Origin: Actinomycetes bacterium
GTDB taxonomy: Bacteria > Actinomycetota > Actinomycetes > Prado026
Length of the DNA: 64,000 nucleotides
Reading direction: 5' to 3'
Assembly: GCA_036510875.1 (NCBI GenBank)
Contig: DATCDE010000007.1
Location: forward strand, 3,055-67,054
The notes beneath the pieces were generated by a model that did not search any database, was not told the DNA's origin, and saw only the letters and a program-made list of their open reading frames with translations. Position numbers and translations under genes: made by a program. Shown here piece by piece: positions 35,424-45,276 of this stretch (position 1 is the stretch's first letter; each line of letters opens with the position of its first letter).

Positions 35424-36384
35424 CGATGGGGTGCGGTTCGGTTTCCTCGGGGCGGGCGAGATCGCCTCGACCCAGCTCGGCCCGGCGGTGCACGCGGCCG
35501 ACGGGGCGGTGCTGCAGGCCGTCGCTGCGCGCGACCCCCAGCGGGCCGCGGCGCTGGAGCCCCGGGGCCGCAGCTACGACGACTACCGCGGGGTGCTCGA
35601 GGACCCGGACGTCGACGTCGTCTACATCGCGCTGCCGAACGACCAGCACTACCCGTGGGTCCGGGCCGCGCTGGCCGCCGGCAAGCACGTGCTGTGCGAG
35701 AAGCCGCTGGGACTCACCGCGGTGGAGACGGCCACCCTGGGCGACGCGGCGCGGGGGGCCGGGCTGCTGCTCGTCGAGGCGTTTTGGTACCGCTGGCACC
35801 CGCGGCAGCGCGCGCTGGAGGTCATGGTGGCCGAGGGCGCGGTGGGTGGGGTGGAGTCCGTCGAGGCCGAGTTCGTCTTCGACAAGGACCTGACCGGCAA
35901 CTACCGGTTGGACCCGGCCCGCGGCGGCGGCGCGCTGTACGACGTGGGCTGCTACACGGCCTCCGCGGCGATCGCCCTGCTCGGCGAGGACGCGCCGCCG
36001 GACGCCGTCTCGGACGTGGTGGTGGACCGCGCGGGGACGCTGGTGGACCTCACCACCGAGGCGGTGCTGCAGTGGCCGCGGGGCTCGGCCCGGATGCGCT
36101 GCGGCATGGCCGGGCCGACGGCGCAGCGGCTGACCGTGACCGGCGAGCTGGGCCGCATCGAGGTGCCGGGCCAGGCGTTCACGTCCAGCACCGGGACGGC
36201 GACCGAGCTGGTCGTCACCAAAGGCGGCTCGGAGGATCGGCTGGCGTTCGCCCCCGCCGAGCCCTACCGGATCATGGTCGAGTCGGTCGCGTCGGCGGTG
36301 CGCGGCGAGGCGGTCTTCCTGGTGCCGCTCGAGCACTCGGTGTCGGTCGCGCAGGCGCTGGACGACATCCGCGCGGCCGGCTGA
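35416..36384 (+). CDS. Gfo/Idh/MocA-family NAD(P)-dependent oxidoreductase.
   Basis: VRFGFLGAGEIAS Rossmann motif, EKPLGLT, and a C-terminal alpha/beta domain. Confidence 0.8.
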   Translation: MANDGVRFGFLGAGEIASTQLGPAVHAADGAVLQAVAARDPQRAAALEPRGRSYDDYRGVLEDPDVDVVYIALPNDQHYPWVRAALAAGKHVLCEKPLGLTAVETATLGDAARGAGLLLVEAFWYRWHPRQRALEVMVAEGAVGGVESVEAEFVFDKDLTGNYRLDPARGGGALYDVGCYTASAAIALLGEDAPPDAVSDVVVDRAGTLVDLTTEAVLQWPRGSARMRCGMAGPTAQRLTVTGELGRIEVPGQAFTSSTGTATELVVTKGGSEDRLAFAPAEPYRIMVESVASAVRGEAVFLVPLEHSVSVAQALDDIRAAG

Positions 36385-36408
36385 GCGCCGGCATGGCAGG
36401 CTGCTCCC

Positions 36409-36756
36409 GTGACTGACACGATCGAGCTGGTCGGGGAGTGGCTGCCGCTGCCCGACATCGCCGAGCTGCTCGGCATCGACATCCTGCGGGCCCGCCAGCT
36501 GGTCAGGCACCGCCAGGTACTGGCCGTGCGCAGCGAGGGCGTGCTACGGGTGCCGGCGGCCTTCGTCCAGGACGGGCGGGTCGTCAAGGGGCTGCCAGGG
36601 GTGCTCACCCTGCTCGCGGACGCCGGCTACTCCGACGAGGAGGCGCTGCGCTGGCTGTTCACGGCTGAGGACACGCTGCCGGGCACCCCGGTGCAGGCGC
36701 TGGTGGAGAACCGCGGGACCGAGGTCAAGCGCCGCGCCCAGGCGCTGGGCTTCTAG
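36409..36756 (+). CDS. Rv2175c-like DNA-binding protein (a PknL substrate in M. tuberculosis).
   Basis: LPLPDIAELLGIDILRARQLVRHRQVLAVR...VVKGLPGVLTLLADAGYSDEEALRWLFT... parallels Rv2175c (LPRVAELLGVPVSKVAQQLREGHLVAVR...VVKSLPGLLTIL...RWLFT), quoted from memory. Confidence 0.6.
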   Translation: MTDTIELVGEWLPLPDIAELLGIDILRARQLVRHRQVLAVRSEGVLRVPAAFVQDGRVVKGLPGVLTLLADAGYSDEEALRWLFTAEDTLPGTPVQALVENRGTEVKRRAQALGF

Positions 36757-36770
36757 CCGGCCGTCGTCCG

Positions 36771-37253
36771 GTGGCCAGCCAGCGGGCCGCGATCGCCATG
36801 ACGGCGGCCGAGGCCGACGACTTCCTGCGGTCCGGTCGGATCTGCGTGCTCGTCACGCTCGGCCCGGACGGGCTGCCCGACCCGGTGCCCATGTGGTATG
36901 TCGTGGACGACGAGGGCCGGGTCGTCATGCGAACCTTCGCCAAGTCGCAGAAGGTGGTGAACCTGCGCCGCGACCCGCGCTACTCGGCGCTGGTCGAGGC
37001 CGGTGAGCGGTACGTGGAGCTGCGCGGCGTGCAGCTGACCGGCACGGTCGAGCTGGTGGAGGACCGTGAGGTGGTCGCGGACACGCTGACCGGCCTGGCC
37101 CTGAAGTACGAGGGCCTGGAGCCGCAGCACGCCGCCGGGTTCCGGGCCGCCGCCCTGGAGCAGGTCGGCAAGCAGGTGGGGCTGCGGCTGGGGGTGGACC
37201 GGCTGGTGTCCTGGGACCACCGCAAGCTGCCAACCAGTGGGGCCGGGGCGTGA
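36771..37253 (+). CDS. Pyridoxamine 5'-phosphate oxidase-family (PPOX class, probably F420-dependent) protein.
   Basis: 160 aa split-barrel-like sequence: ICVLVTLGPDGLPDPVPMWYVVDDEGRVVMRTFAKSQKVVNLRRDPR. Confidence 0.55.
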   Translation: MASQRAAIAMTAAEADDFLRSGRICVLVTLGPDGLPDPVPMWYVVDDEGRVVMRTFAKSQKVVNLRRDPRYSALVEAGERYVELRGVQLTGTVELVEDREVVADTLTGLALKYEGLEPQHAAGFRAAALEQVGKQVGLRLGVDRLVSWDHRKLPTSGAGA

Positions 37254-37588
37254 CCCGGTGCACCTACCTGGGCGTCCTGCTGGCCGCCCTCCTGGGCGCC
37301 AGCTGGCTCGAGGTGGTGCTGCACACCGGGGTGTTCCGCCGCTGGCGGCGGCTGCTGTTGACGCTGGCACCCGTGGTGGCGGTGTTCGTGGTGTGGGACC
37401 TGTACGCGATCGGGCACGGGCAGTGGACCTTCGACCCGCGGCGGACGACAGGGGTGCTGCTGGGGCGGCTGCCGGTGGAGGAGCTGCTGTTCTTCGTGGT
37501 GATCCCGGTGTGCTCGGTGCTCACCCTCGAGGCGGTGCGGGTGGTGCGCGGCTGGCCGGTCGGCGACGAGCCGGACGACCAGCGGTGA
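37250..37588 (+). CDS. crtYc: Lycopene cyclase domain protein (heterodimeric lycopene beta-cyclase subunit CrtYc-like).
   Basis: About 112 aa, 3 TM, YLGVLLAALLGASWLE..., as in actinobacterial crtYc/crtYd pairs. Overlaps the next gene (GTGA). Confidence 0.6.
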   Translation: MTRCTYLGVLLAALLGASWLEVVLHTGVFRRWRRLLLTLAPVVAVFVVWDLYAIGHGQWTFDPRRTTGVLLGRLPVEELLFFVVIPVCSVLTLEAVRVVRGWPVGDEPDDQR

Positions 37589-37926
37589 CCTACACCCAGC
37601 AGGCCGTGGCCGGGGTGCTCGTCTCCGTCGTCCTGGACCTGTGGGTGCTGGGGACCCGACTGGTCACCCGCAAGGCGTTCTGGACGTCGTACGCGATCAT
37701 CGTGTTCTTCCAGCTGGTGACCAACGGGGTGCTCACCGGGCTGAAGGTGGTCCGCTACGACCCGGCCACGATCGTCGGGTCCTCGGCGGTGCCGTTTCTC
37801 GGAGCCGGCAGGATCGCCTTCGCCCCGGTGGAGGACCTGCTGTTCGGCTTCGCCCTCGTCCTCCAGACCCTGTCCTGGTGGGTCTTCTGGGGCCGCCGCC
37901 TCCGACCCCCCGCCTCACCCGGGTGA
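37585..37926 (+). CDS. crtYd: Lycopene cyclase domain protein (CrtYd-like second subunit).
   Basis: GTG start overlapping the crtYc stop. About 113 aa, TM-rich (AGVLVSVVLDLWVLGTRLVTRKAFWTSYAIIVFFQLVTNGVLTGL). Confidence 0.6.
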   Translation: MTYTQQAVAGVLVSVVLDLWVLGTRLVTRKAFWTSYAIIVFFQLVTNGVLTGLKVVRYDPATIVGSSAVPFLGAGRIAFAPVEDLLFGFALVLQTLSWWVFWGRRLRPPASPG

Positions 37927-37930
37927 CCGT

Positions 37931-38851
37931 CTATGCGCAACGGGGGAGACGGCTGGCGACCAGGGCGGGGACGGCGACGGCGACGCGGCGGGTGAGCGGC
38001 ACCCGCGCCCGCCGGCTGAACACCTGGAAGTCGATGTCCTCCACCGCGTCCACGATGCCGCAGTACAGCACGCGGGCCGCCTCGATACACGGCTGTGCAC
38101 TGGGGTCCAGCAGGGCGATGCCGGGCCGGGCGGCTGCCTCCAGCCGGCGCACCCGGGCGATCTCGAACCGCAGCAGGTCGCGCACCCGGTCGTCGACCAC
38201 CCGGCGCTCGAGGTCGGCCCGGGTCAGCCCGAACCGCTCGAGGTCCTCCAGCGGCAGGTAGACCCGGCCGCGGTCGAGGTCCTCGCCGACATCGCGGATG
38301 AAGTTGGCCAGCTGGAACGCGGTCCCCAGGTCCTCGGCCGGCCGCCGCGCCGCTGGGGAGGTGCTGCCCAGGACCGGCAGCATCAGCAGCCCGATGACCG
38401 AGGCCGACCCGTAGACGTACTCGACGAGGTCCTTGTAGGTGGCGTACTCGGTGACGGTGAGGTCCATGGCCATCGAGCCCAGGAACGCCTCGAAGTGCTC
38501 CACCGGGAGGTCGAAGCGGCGCGCCGTGTCGACCACGGCCCGGCCGATCGGGTCGGTGCTGGAACCCCGGCGGACGTCGGCCAGGAACCGGTCCCCCCAG
38601 GTCTGCAGCCGGTCGGCCCGTTCCGGCGGGGACAGCGTGCAGCCGAGGTCGTCGACGATCTCGTCGGCGTAGCGGGCGAAGCCGTACAGCGCGTGCACGT
38701 GCGGCCGCCTGGCGGCCGGCAGCAGCCGGGTGGCCAGGTAGTACGTCTTCCCGTGCCCGGCGTTCAGCCGGCGGCAGCGCTCGTACGACGCCCGGAGTTC
38801 GGGGCCGTGGATCCCCGCCGCATCAAGCTCTTTTCGACCCACGCGTCTCAC
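37931..38851 (-). CDS. crtB: Phytoene synthase.
   Basis: ELDAAGI...LRASYERCRRLNAGHGKTYYLATRLLP, YGFARYADEIVDD, and LPLEDLERFG... DxxxD motifs. Start chosen at an in-frame GTG; 38842 is an alternative. Confidence 0.85.
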   Translation of the reverse strand: MRRVGRKELDAAGIHGPELRASYERCRRLNAGHGKTYYLATRLLPAARRPHVHALYGFARYADEIVDDLGCTLSPPERADRLQTWGDRFLADVRRGSSTDPIGRAVVDTARRFDLPVEHFEAFLGSMAMDLTVTEYATYKDLVEYVYGSASVIGLLMLPVLGSTSPAARRPAEDLGTAFQLANFIRDVGEDLDRGRVYLPLEDLERFGLTRADLERRVVDDRVRDLLRFEIARVRRLEAAARPGIALLDPSAQPCIEAARVLYCGIVDAVEDIDFQVFSRRARVPLTRRVAVAVPALVASRLPRCA

Positions 38852-38916
38852 GCTACCGGCGACCGTGCCAGGATGCCTGTCGTGAGGAGTAGGCCGCTCG
38901 CCCCGGAGGTCCACTC

Positions 38917-39336
38917 ATGAGCCTCGCGCAGGTGATCGGCGGACAGCGCCACGGCGTGTTCCGCTACAACGGCCGAGCCGACGCTGAGCGCCGCGCCGAG
39001 GAGCACGGCTGGCGCTACGTGCTGCTGGACACCGGCCAGGTGACCGACCGTGACGGGTTCATGGACGCCTGCTCGGAGGCCTTCGACCTGCCGTCGTGGT
39101 TCGCCCGCAACTGGGACTCCCTCGACGAGTGCCTGCGCGGCCTGGACCTGGAGGAGCCGGACGGCGTGCTCGTCGTGTGGGACGGCTGGGGCACCCTCGC
39201 CGACAGCGACCCGGACTGCTTCGAGGTCGCTATCGAGGTGTTCCAGGACGCCTGCGTGGCGTGGACCGACGACGACGTGCCCGGCGCGGTGCTGCTGCGC
39301 GGAACCGGGCCGGAGACGGACCTGCCCACGTTGTGA
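38917..39336 (+). CDS. Barstar-like ribonuclease-inhibitor family protein.
   Basis: FDLPSWFARNWDSLDECLRGL resembles the barstar core (YFGRNWDALWDCL). RBS GGAGG. No barnase-like gene was seen nearby. Confidence 0.55.
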   Translation: MSLAQVIGGQRHGVFRYNGRADAERRAEEHGWRYVLLDTGQVTDRDGFMDACSEAFDLPSWFARNWDSLDECLRGLDLEEPDGVLVVWDGWGTLADSDPDCFEVAIEVFQDACVAWTDDDVPGAVLLRGTGPETDLPTL

Positions 39337-39408
39337 GGTCGGGCGGCTCTCATCAACCTTGAAGGCTGCTCTCAGTGAAGCGTCATCACCGCGCGCCATC
39401 CTGGCGGC

Positions 39409-39720
39409 ATGGCACAGGTCCCCGAGCTCACCATCGTCCGCGGCGGTTTCGCGGCCGAGCCGGTTCTGCTCGACGCTGCGGCGCGGATCCTGGGCCGGGC
39501 CGGGGACAGTGACGTGCTGCTCGACGACGTGACCGTCTCACCGCACCATGCGCAGATCCGGCGCACCGAGGACGGCGGGCTGGAGGTCCGCGACCTGGGC
39601 AGCGTCAACGGCACCTACGTGAACGGCCGGCGCACGGACTGCTGCGCCCTCGCAGACGGGGACGAGCTGCGGATCGGGGCGTTCCGGCTGTGCGTGCACG
39701 CCCACCGGCGCGCGTCCTGA
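39409..39720 (+). CDS. FHA-domain protein.
   Basis: LGRAGDSDVLLDDVTVSPHHAQIRRTEDGGLEVRDLGSVNGTYVNGRR has the FHA GR...S..H...NGT signature. Confidence 0.75.
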   Translation: MAQVPELTIVRGGFAAEPVLLDAAARILGRAGDSDVLLDDVTVSPHHAQIRRTEDGGLEVRDLGSVNGTYVNGRRTDCCALADGDELRIGAFRLCVHAHRRAS

Positions 39721-39724
39721 CGTC

Positions 39725-41272
39725 CTAGAGCTGGATGAGCTCCGGCTCGGCGCCGCGCCGGTCGGCCAGCAGCAGCGTCCGCACGCGCTTGGACGACGCG
39801 AGCGTCGCGAGCACGACCGCCAGCGACAGCAGGGCGGCCAGGCCGTCCGACAGGTCGCCGTAGCTGTCCACGGTGGCCCCGGTGTTGACCAGGCTGTAGA
39901 TGACGAACCCGATCGTCAGCAGCACCGCCGCACGGGTCTTGCCGCCGGACAGCCCCGCCGCGGCCAGGATGGTGAAGCCCCACAGCAGGTACCACGGCTG
40001 CAGCACCGGGCCCAGCACGACGACGGCGAGCAGCGCCAGGCCGAGCCCACGGGCGATCGGACGCCGGTCGGAGGTGAGCACCAGCCAGCCGATCACGGCC
40101 ACGGTGAGCACCTCGCCGACCAACCGGAAGACGGCTACGGTCCCGTCGACGTGGTAGCCCAGGCCGAGGTACTGGCCCAGCTTGCCGGTGAGCATGCCCA
40201 GTGCGGTCATGGGGGAGAGCGGGGTCCGCACGGCCGCGGGAGTCTGCAGCGCCGACACCCAGCCGAAGTTGAGGCCGAGCAGCACATTGAGCACGCCGAA
40301 CGTGCTGAGCGCCACCGCCCCGGCGACGACCCAGCCCCCGATCCGGCGGGCCCAGGAGGCGCCCACGCCGGCCCAGGCCAGCGCCACGAACGGCAGGGCC
40401 AGCAGCGCCGGAGCCTTCACCGCGCCGGCCAGCGTCACCATCAGCAGCCCGAGCAGGAACCGTCGCTCCAGCGCCAGCGCGACCCCGGCCACGAGCAGGC
40501 CGACCATGAGGGCGTCGTTGTGGGCCGCCGAGACGAAGTGCATGAGGACCAGCGGGTTGAGGACACCGAGCCACACGGCCTTCGCGGCGTCCACCCCGCA
40601 GGCCTCCGCCAGCCGGGGCACGAAGACGACAAGCAGGGCGATCCCCGCGAGCGCCAGCAGCCGGAAGGCCAGCAGCGCCAGGTTGGCCTCGGCGTGCGTC
40701 GTCCCGTAGACGACGTTGGACAGCCCCATCCACACCGGGCCGTAGGGCGCGGGGGAGGTGCGCCACAGCGAGTCCGCGCCGTCGGTGTAGTAGGTGGCGA
40801 AGGTGCCGGTGCCGTACAGGTACGGGTCGATGCCGTTGGGCAGCAGCCGGCTCAGCGCGACGTAGCTGAACACGTCACGGCTGAACAGCACGGGCGCCAC
40901 CACGAGCGGCGCGGACCACCACCAGACCAGCTTGCCGAGCCCGGCCGGGTGGTCGACCCGGTGCTGGCGCACGTGCAGGCCCAGCTGCAGCCACGCCTGC
41001 AGCAGCAGGCCGATGCCCAGGACGACGAGCATCTTGCCGAACAGCGAGAAGGCCGGGATGGTGCGCAGCTGCTCGACGACCGGGGCGGAGGCCAGGCCGG
41101 AGGAGCGGGCGATCCAGCCGACCGAGACGGCGCCGGCGGCGGCCAGCGAGGAGCCCAGGAACCCGGGGACGGCGAAAGCCGCGACGAGGCCGGCCGAGGA
41201 CTCGGCCGGCTCTTCCGCGAAGACTGGGCTAGCCGAGGCGGCGTCCCGCTCGGCCTGGTCGACAAGGGCCAT
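39725..41272 (-). CDS. mptA: Polyprenol-phosphate-mannose-dependent alpha-(1->6)-mannosyltransferase-like GT-C membrane protein (MptA/DUF2029 family).
   Basis: Start proposed at MALVDQAERD. About 515 aa polytopic membrane protein. The position next to an idsA2-like gene parallels M. tuberculosis Rv2173-Rv2174. Confidence 0.55.
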   Translation of the reverse strand: MALVDQAERDAASASPVFAEEPAESSAGLVAAFAVPGFLGSSLAAAGAVSVGWIARSSGLASAPVVEQLRTIPAFSLFGKMLVVLGIGLLLQAWLQLGLHVRQHRVDHPAGLGKLVWWWSAPLVVAPVLFSRDVFSYVALSRLLPNGIDPYLYGTGTFATYYTDGADSLWRTSPAPYGPVWMGLSNVVYGTTHAEANLALLAFRLLALAGIALLVVFVPRLAEACGVDAAKAVWLGVLNPLVLMHFVSAAHNDALMVGLLVAGVALALERRFLLGLLMVTLAGAVKAPALLALPFVALAWAGVGASWARRIGGWVVAGAVALSTFGVLNVLLGLNFGWVSALQTPAAVRTPLSPMTALGMLTGKLGQYLGLGYHVDGTVAVFRLVGEVLTVAVIGWLVLTSDRRPIARGLGLALLAVVVLGPVLQPWYLLWGFTILAAAGLSGGKTRAAVLLTIGFVIYSLVNTGATVDSYGDLSDGLAALLSLAVVLATLASSKRVRTLLLADRRGAEPELIQL

Positions 41273-41339
41273 GGCCACTCCAGGATAGGGCCGGAAGCCT
41301 CCGCGGATCGAGTGGCTTACGGCACGTCGTCCCGGACGG

Positions 41340-42830
41340 TCACCGCCAGGAGCGGGACGTGTACGCCTGGTCACGGCCGATCACCCGCTCGGCCGCGAGC
41401 CGGCCGCTGATCAGGACCATGGGCACGCCCACGCCCGGCTGGGTGCCGGACCCGGCGAACACGACGTTCTCGCCCCACAGGTTGCCGGGGCGGAACGGCC
41501 CGGTCTGCCGGAACGAGTGCGCCGCGGAGAACGGCGCCCCGCGCTCCATGCCTCGTTGCAGCCACTGCAGCGGGGTGGTCAGGTCCTCGACCTCGATGGC
41601 GTCGCCGAAGCCGAGGTAGCCGCGCTGCTCGAGGGTCCGCACCATGACGTCGCGGTAGCGCGGGCCGAGCCGCTCCCAGTCCAGCCCCGCCTCGGTGTTG
41701 GGCGTGGGGAACAGCGCGTAGTAGATCTGCCGACCCGCCGGCGCCAGCCCCGGGTCGGACCGGGTCGGGTTGGTCACCAGCAGCGACGGGTCGGACATCA
41801 GCCGGCCCTCGTCGATCAGCTCGGAGAAGACGCCCCGCCAGGACCGGCCGAAGTGGATGTTGTGGTGGGCGATCTTCGAGTAGGACGCCGAGGAGCCGAC
41901 CAGCAGCAGCGCGCAGGACGGCGAGTAGGTCAGCCGCCGCACCGTCCAGGGCTCCCGGCCGAGCAGGTCGCGGTAGGCCACCGGCAGGTCCGGGTTGAGC
42001 ACGACCGCGTCGCAGCGGATCCGCTCGCCGTCGGCGGTGCGAACCGCCACGGCCCGCGAGCCCACGACCTCCACCCGCTGCACCTCGGTGGAGTACCGGA
42101 GGCGCACCCCGTGCTTCTGCGCGGCGCCGGCCAGCGCCCTGGGCACCGCGTGCATGCCGCCGACCGGGAAGTACACCCCGGACACCGAGTCCATGTAGGC
42201 GATCACCGCGTAGAGCGCGAGCGCGTCGTACGGCGACAGCCCCGCGTACATCGCCTGGAACGAGAACACCCGCTGGGTGCGCGGGTCCTTGAGGTACTGG
42301 CCCACCTTCGGGGCCAGCCGGCGCAGCCCGCCGGCGGCGACCAGGCGGGCCAGGTTCGGGGTGAGCAGGTCCAGCGGCGAGTCGATGTTGCGGTCGATGA
42401 AGTCGCGCATCTCGTAGCGGTACAGCCGGGACACGAACTCCACATAGCGCCGGTAGCCGTCCGCCTCGGCCGGGCCGCAGCACCGGGCGACCTCCTCGGC
42501 CATCGCCTCGGGGTCGCTGTGCACGTCGAGGGTGGAGCCGTCCGGGTAGTAGGCCCGGTACAGCGGGTCCACCGGCCGCAGGTCCAGCCAGTCCGCCATC
42601 CGCTCGCCGACGCTGTCCAGCGCGTCCGCGATCAGGTCGGGCATGGTGAGCACGGTCGGCCCGGTGTCGAACCGGTAGCCGTCCACCTCGAGCAGCCCGG
42701 CCCGCCCCCCGGGGACCGCGGCCCGCTCGAGCACCGTCACCTGGCGGCCCGCGCCGGCCAGCCGCAGCGCCGCCGAGAGCCCGGCCAAGCCGGCACCCAC
42801 CACGACGACGTGGTCGGTGGGGCCGCTCAC
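41340..42830 (-). CDS. crtI: Phytoene desaturase.
   Basis: MSGPTDHVVVVGAGLAGLSAALRLAGAGRQVTVLE FAD motif and the C-terminal CrtI-family pattern. GTG start at 42830 (alternative 42839). Confidence 0.85.
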   Translation of the reverse strand: MSGPTDHVVVVGAGLAGLSAALRLAGAGRQVTVLERAAVPGGRAGLLEVDGYRFDTGPTVLTMPDLIADALDSVGERMADWLDLRPVDPLYRAYYPDGSTLDVHSDPEAMAEEVARCCGPAEADGYRRYVEFVSRLYRYEMRDFIDRNIDSPLDLLTPNLARLVAAGGLRRLAPKVGQYLKDPRTQRVFSFQAMYAGLSPYDALALYAVIAYMDSVSGVYFPVGGMHAVPRALAGAAQKHGVRLRYSTEVQRVEVVGSRAVAVRTADGERIRCDAVVLNPDLPVAYRDLLGREPWTVRRLTYSPSCALLLVGSSASYSKIAHHNIHFGRSWRGVFSELIDEGRLMSDPSLLVTNPTRSDPGLAPAGRQIYYALFPTPNTEAGLDWERLGPRYRDVMVRTLEQRGYLGFGDAIEVEDLTTPLQWLQRGMERGAPFSAAHSFRQTGPFRPGNLWGENVVFAGSGTQPGVGVPMVLISGRLAAERVIGRDQAYTSRSWR

Positions 42831-42900
42831 CGTGCGCACCTCAGCGAGCCTAGGCGAGCAACGGCTGACCCGCTCGTCGGTGGGGTCGTAGCCTGCGGGC

Positions 42901-45276
42901 GTGACGGACCCGCGGGTGGGCCTGACCTCGGCCGAGGTCTCCGAGCGTGTCGCCCGCGGCCAGCTGAACGCCGTCCCCAGCGCGCCGAGCCGCACGGTGG
43001 GCCAGATCGTCCGGGGCAACACGTTCACCGTGTTCAACGCGATCCTCGGGACGCTCACCGTCGTCGTCCTGGTCTACGGCAACTGGCGGGACGCGCTGTT
43101 CGGCCTGGTCGTCGTCGCCAACACCGGCATCGGCATCGTCCAGGAGCTGCGGGCCAAGGCCACCCTCGACCGGCTGGCCGTGCTCGGGGCGGTTAGGCCC
43201 ACCGTGCTACGCGACGGCGAGCAGCGGGAGGTCGAGCCGGGCGAGATCGTCCTGGACGACGTGCTCCCGGTGTCGTCCGGCGACCGGATCGTCGTGGACG
43301 GCGTGGTGTGCGCCTCGGCGGCCCTCGAGGTCGACGAGTCGCTGCTCACGGGGGAGTCCGACCCGGTGCACAAGCAGGTCGGCGACCCGGTGCTGTCCGG
43401 CTCGTTCGCGATGGCCGGGACCGGCTGCTACCAGGCCACCGCCGTGGGCTCGCACGCCTTCGCGGCCGGGCTGGCCGAGGAGGCCCGCCGGTTCACCCTG
43501 GTGCACTCGCAGCTGATGGCGAGCATCAACACGATCCTCCGGGTGATGGTCACGATCATGGTCCCGGTGGCGGTGCTGCTCACCTGGAGCCAGCTGCGCA
43601 GCCACGAGCACTTCGGCACCGCGGTCAGCGGTGCGGTTGCCGGGGTGATCACCATGATTCCCGAGGGGCTGGTGCTGCTCACCAGTGTGGCCTTCGCCGT
43701 CGGTGTGGTCCGGCTCGGCCGGCACCAGGTGCTCGTGCAGGAGCTGCCGGCGGTCGAGCTGCTGGCCCGGGTGGACGTCGTGTGCCTGGACAAGACCGGG
43801 ACACTCACCGAGCCGGGCATGCACCTGGCCGACGTCCGGGTCGTGGACGCCGCCGCACCGATTCCGCAGGTGCTGGCCGGGCTGGTCGGCACCGAGCCGG
43901 CGCCGAACGCCAGCCTGGCCGCGGTCGCGCGGCGCTACCCCGCGGCGGGCGCGCCGACGGCCACGGCGGTGGTGCCGTTCTCGTCCGCGCGGCGCTGGAG
44001 CGGCGCCACCCTGGACGGCCTGGGCTCGTGGGTGCTCGGTGCGCCGGACGTGCTGCTGCCGGTCGGGGACCCCGCCCGGGCCACCGCCGACCAGGTCGCC
44101 GCCACCGGGCGCCGGGTGCTCGTGCTGGCGGCGTCCGACCTGGCCGGGCCGGACCAGCTCGGCCCCACCCGGCCCGCGGCGCTGCTCGTACTCGAGCAGC
44201 GGATCAAGCCGGACGCCGCGCAGACGCTCGCCTACTTCGCCGAGCAGGGCGTCGCCGTCAAGGTCATCTCGGGGGACAACCCGCGGACGGTGGCCACCGT
44301 GGTGAGCACCCTCGGGGTGCCCGGCGCCGGCGACGGGGTGGACGGTGGCACCCTGCCCACCGACCCCGAGGCGCTGGCCGACGTGGTCGAGGGGGCGGTC
44401 GCCTTCGGCCGGGTGACCCCCCGGCAGAAGCAGGCGATGGTCGCGGCGCTGCAGTCCAGGGGCCACGTGGTCGCGATGACGGGGGACGGCGTCAACGACG
44501 TGCTGGCCGTCAAGGACGCCGACCTCGGGATCGCCATGGCGTCCGGCAGTGACGCCACCCGAGCGGTGGCCCAGCTGGTGCTCGTGGACAACCGGTTCGA
44601 GCAGCTGCCGACCGTGGTGGCCGAGGGCCGTCGGGTGATCAACAACGTGGAGCGGGTGGCCAACCTGTTCCTCACCAAGACCGTCTACGCCACCTTGCTG
44701 TCGGTCCTGTGCGGCGTGCTGGGGCTGCCGTTCCCGTTCCTGCCGAGGCACCTGACCGTGGTGACGGCGCTGACCATCGGCATCCCGGGCTTCTTCCTGG
44801 CGCTGGCCCCCAACACGCGGCGGGCCCAGGCCGGGTTCATCCCCCGGGTGCTGCGCTTCGCGGTGCCCGCGGGGGTGGTGGCCGCGGTGGCGACCTTCGG
44901 CGCCTACGCCTCGGCCCGGCTGGATGAGGACGTCACCACGGCCGAGGCCAGCACGCTGGCCGCCATGGTGCTGTTCCTCGTCGTGTGGTGGGCGGTGGTC
45001 GTGCTGGCCCGGCCGCTGTCGCCGCTGCGGCTGCTGCTGGTGGGCACCCTGCTCGCCGGGTTCGCGCTGGTGCTCATGGTGCCGTTCGTCAGGGACTTCT
45101 TCGCCTTCGCGCTGCCCACCCTCGAGGCCACCGGCGTGGCGCTCGCCGTCGGGGCGGCCGCGATCGTCGTCCTCGAGCTGGTGCTGGGCGTGAGCGGGTG
45201 GGACCGGCCGGTCAGCCCCGACGCGTCGTCGCCGCCACCGCGAGCTGACCGAGGACGTCGCGCGCCGGTGCGCTGA
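42901..45276 (+). CDS. Cation-transporting P-type ATPase (P2-type, Ca/Mg-like, CtpE/CtpF-like).
   Basis: TGES, PEGL, DKTGTLT, MTGDGVNDVLAVKDADLGIAMASGSD, VAEGRRV motifs. About 10 TM segments. Confidence 0.9.
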   Translation: MTDPRVGLTSAEVSERVARGQLNAVPSAPSRTVGQIVRGNTFTVFNAILGTLTVVVLVYGNWRDALFGLVVVANTGIGIVQELRAKATLDRLAVLGAVRPTVLRDGEQREVEPGEIVLDDVLPVSSGDRIVVDGVVCASAALEVDESLLTGESDPVHKQVGDPVLSGSFAMAGTGCYQATAVGSHAFAAGLAEEARRFTLVHSQLMASINTILRVMVTIMVPVAVLLTWSQLRSHEHFGTAVSGAVAGVITMIPEGLVLLTSVAFAVGVVRLGRHQVLVQELPAVELLARVDVVCLDKTGTLTEPGMHLADVRVVDAAAPIPQVLAGLVGTEPAPNASLAAVARRYPAAGAPTATAVVPFSSARRWSGATLDGLGSWVLGAPDVLLPVGDPARATADQVAATGRRVLVLAASDLAGPDQLGPTRPAALLVLEQRIKPDAAQTLAYFAEQGVAVKVISGDNPRTVATVVSTLGVPGAGDGVDGGTLPTDPEALADVVEGAVAFGRVTPRQKQAMVAALQSRGHVVAMTGDGVNDVLAVKDADLGIAMASGSDATRAVAQLVLVDNRFEQLPTVVAEGRRVINNVERVANLFLTKTVYATLLSVLCGVLGLPFPFLPRHLTVVTALTIGIPGFFLALAPNTRRAQAGFIPRVLRFAVPAGVVAAVATFGAYASARLDEDVTTAEASTLAAMVLFLVVWWAVVVLARPLSPLRLLLVGTLLAGFALVLMVPFVRDFFAFALPTLEATGVALAVGAAAIVVLELVLGVSGWDRPVSPDASSPPPRADRGRRAPVR

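Noticed and set aside
32877-36416. A 1179-aa open reading frame on the plus strand.
   Set aside because: It is antisense to the PASTA kinase and oxidoreductase genes. Its translation is Arg/Gly/Pro-rich low-complexity typical of high-GC non-coding frames, with no recognisable domains.
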